A stretch of DNA of 64,000 nucleotides from Candidatus Bathyarchaeota archaeon (GTDB lineage Archaea > Thermoproteota > Bathyarchaeia > Bathyarchaeales > Bathycorpusculaceae): contig CAVTBV010000013.1 of NCBI GenBank assembly GCA_963733095.1, positions 96,001-160,000 of the forward strand, given 5' to 3'. The notes beneath the pieces were generated by a model that was given only the letters and a program-made list of their open reading frames with translations, was not told the DNA's origin and did no database searches. Below are positions 61,119 to 64,000 of this stretch, piece by piece; the first letter of the stretch is position 1; every line of letters starts with the position of its first letter. Made by a program: the position numbers and the translations under genes.

Positions 61119-64000
61119 TTAATTGAAAATCTTTTTAAGAAAATCACCTATTTGGTCTACACTTAATTTAGAACTTTTCTGTATGTAATAACTTCGTTCT
61201 AAGTCGTCAAGGTAACTATGGAGGAAATTTACACCCTTAATTTCCTTTGATTGTCGATGAATAAATGTTAGTAATTCATTTTTGACTATCAAATAATTCT
61301 CGTCCGTTTGTAACCCAATTGCTGATAACGTTTTCATAACCGTATTATGAAGGCTGGGAATGTCATCTTGAAAAGCCTGATCATAACTGACTTCTAATAA
61401 CTGAAAAAGATCAGGTATTGCTTCGATGGAAACAAAGGATTCGATTGGGGATCTACTCTGTAATCTCTCAACTATCGTTTCAGGAACTTTTTTGTGTTTT
61501 TTTACCCATTCAATATAGAACTTTAAACCATTAAGGTCTTCTACTTCCATTAAATTAATCGCTAATTTGATTTTTTTATCATCGTTAATTTCTCGGGCAA
61601 ACATATTTTTTAGGATCTTGTTTATCTTTTTGCTTTTATGGTCAATTAAAGAGCCTATAACGGTCCACATAAATTCGTCTTGAATTTTTGAGACGGTATT
61701 TTCTATTTCATTCAAGCTATCTGAACTATACAAGCAATTCAGTGCAGCATTGCGAGCATCATTATTTCTCTTATTATTTACTATTTCAAATAAGGCAAAA
61801 GGCACTGCCGGTTTCACTTTATTTCGAGCGCAATAATCAAAATGATTCTCTAATACATTATTGACTTCAATTCCTTCTGCCAGGTTTTCAAGGACTCTTC
61901 TTGTAATGGATTCTTTGTCCAAGAGTTCTTCTAAATATTCTATTCCAACACTGGTATTTTTTTCAAGCCAATCAAAAGAAAGCAGATCTAAGAGTACATC
62001 TTTTGGATACGATAGATTGAGTCTTCGTAAAAAAAACCAAAGAAATATGGCGGTGTCACTTGTGCTGGTGGGTCTTTCATCTGTTCGTGTTAGTGTTTTT
62101 TTGAAATTGATCTTGTTAATGTTTGAATAGCACCAATTTGCTATCCAATCGCTTTGTTCTTTAGTTAGAACTTCGAGTTGTCCATTACTATAGTATTGAT
62201 AAATTACTCTAATACAGAATGAATCCCAGTTTTCATTTTCAATCATTTTTATTACGTTGGATACTGAGACTGGCTGTTTTCTTGTAATCTGTAACAGCGT
62301 GTTAATCGCAAGATCGGAAGAGGATTTATCTTCCCAGTGATCAGTCATTATTTTTATAACTTCATCACTTGTTAGTTTCTCTTTATGTTCTTTTTCGAAA
62401 ATTTCTCTAATTTGATTTAAAAACTGAGCTTTATTGAACAGTAACTCAATGTCCAATGTGGCACGATTTTTTCTTTCCCTCTCAAAATCTCTTGTAGGTT
62501 GACGGATAAATTTGTTCCCACTTTTTTCATTTATCAGCCTGTTGAAAAGTTGAAACAATTCATAGTTATTTAGATATAAAAGATTCTGGAACAACCTCAC
62601 ATCACCGTCCGTAATCTTTCCGTCTTTGTATTGGTCTATGAAAAAGCTCAAGCATTCCTCGTTCGCTAACATAGACAGGGTATTCATATAATGACCAATT
62701 TTTCCGGTCATTAACTTAGAGAAGGCTATGATTCGGGTGTTTGATTTGTCAAAAAAGCAAGCAAAATTGTTTACTTCATCTTTTTCGTAGCCATTCGCTA
62801 ACAATGTCACTAAATTTATGCCCAATTCTAAAATAGTTGGGTCTTCAGCAAATGGGGCAGCATTTTCAGCGATTTTGGCAAGGCTTTTATCAAGCAAAGA
62901 ATGGTGTGATAGCTTGTTGTGGTTTTGTATTAAATAGTTCAAGATCTTCTTGATTGATTCCTTAGCCTTCGCTTTTTCTAATCCTATAAGTAAGTTTGCC
63001 CGTTCTTCTGTCAAGCCTGAACGATGTATCTCATCATCATTACTCAAGTCATACTCAACTTGTGGGATGCCATTCAGAAAAATCTCGATGTATTCGTCTA
63101 AGTAAACGCTCTTGTGAATTAGGTAATAAAGTCCATAACGTATCTGATCACTCGGCGATCCAACCAAAAGATTTACAATTTGATCTACTACTTCTCGTGA
63201 GGTAAGATCTAATCGTGCCAAAGTGACTTGAGCCTGTGATTGAACTTGCTCGTTCTCTTGTTTCGTGAAATTCTCGTCATTACTTTGGAGTATAACTTTC
63301 AAAAGCACATCCCTAATTTCATTTCCATAACATTCCTTGTCTGCATAACCTAGTAATTCAATTGCATTGCAAACAGTAGTATAATCTGTTCCCGTATCCA
63401 CTTCATTCACAAGGAACTTAAGCATCTCTTCAGACTGCCCAAATCGTGCAAGCTCTTTGTAATCGTATTTGCCAAATGGTAACCATATTTTCTTTTGTTT
63501 ATATTCATTAAAAATACGTTTGAAAATGTCTATCCTGATCCTATTTTCAATTCTACTGGGTTCTGTCTTTACCAAGAGTTCAGGTTGAATTTCCATAATC
63601 CATGCCAACAATAATTCATTACTCGACATGTTAATCAGAAAAGACAACGTATTTACCTAGAAAGGACTAATCTTTTTGTAATAGGGTTTAAAAGAAATGC
63701 ATTCTTTTATGACATCCAATGGCTTATTTGATAAAGCTCTTGCTGCCAAATACTCCTGAAAGTTATTATGCTCAAACTGCCAAGTTATGGTTGTTCCATC
63801 ATTTCTCTTCCATGCAGTACAATATGATAGAAGATTTCGTAATTCATCCACAGGAATTATCTCATTATATTCCTCTTCAGAAATATAGTTCCTACCCAGC
63901 ATATTCATCGCTAAACCAAGGCGTTGTAATGCGCACCGAATTTTTCCTCTGTTTGCTTTAATCTCTATAGTAGTATGGAAGAGATTTGAATCGAGGTTCA
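61119..64000 (-). pseudogene. C-terminal part of a large STAND/NACHT (Avs-like) protein with one in-frame TAG; continues beyond the window
   Basis: The frame is open from the window end through LQRLGLAMNMLGRNYI and WQFEHNNFQEYLAARAL to ISPF*VNTLSFL (TAG 63659-63657), then 842+ helical residues; AT-rich. Confidence 0.7.

Noticed and set aside
63657-63659. Pyrrolysine or selenocysteine recoding as the main explanation of in-frame stops (also TGA at 148)
   Set aside because: Both positions fit Trp, TAG and TGA are normal stops for other genes here, and no pyl/sel genes are in the window.

Overview
Archaeal chromosomal window, most likely from Bathyarchaeia (inferred from gene content and protein style, not from a database search). 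Most of it is housekeeping and metabolic: 2-oxoacid:ferredoxin oxidoreductase, an nrdR-nrdD-nrdG class III ribonucleotide reductase operon, a long RpoH/Rpo5, ModE, thiolase plus DUF35, cbiB/cobD, dph5, ribL/ribK, htpX, pckG, archaeal asnA with an Lrp regulator, geranylgeranyl reductase, uS10, uS12/uS7, Cdc6/Orc1, pdaD and a DRG GTPase. Three accessory parts stand out. (1) A 1896-aa DUF4011/SF1-helicase/Vsr-like/DUF3320 (Hhe-like) gene. (2) A ~7.4-kb AT-rich island (28936-36392) bounded by a 14-bp direct repeat that belongs to a palindromic GCGGTTT-GAAACC-AAACCGC site family with an internal half-site. It carries small virus-like Zn-finger ORFs, a duplicated promoter plus KGG-like micro-ORF, an FG-GAP surface protein and a lone portal-like gene. 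(3) An AT-rich STAND/NACHT (Avs-like) gene at the right edge, broken by one in-frame TAG. I also found several small ORFs missing from the ORF track, tandem NrdR-box-like sites and many pseudogenes. I saw no rRNA, tRNA or CRISPR array. Family calls come from motif recognition only.
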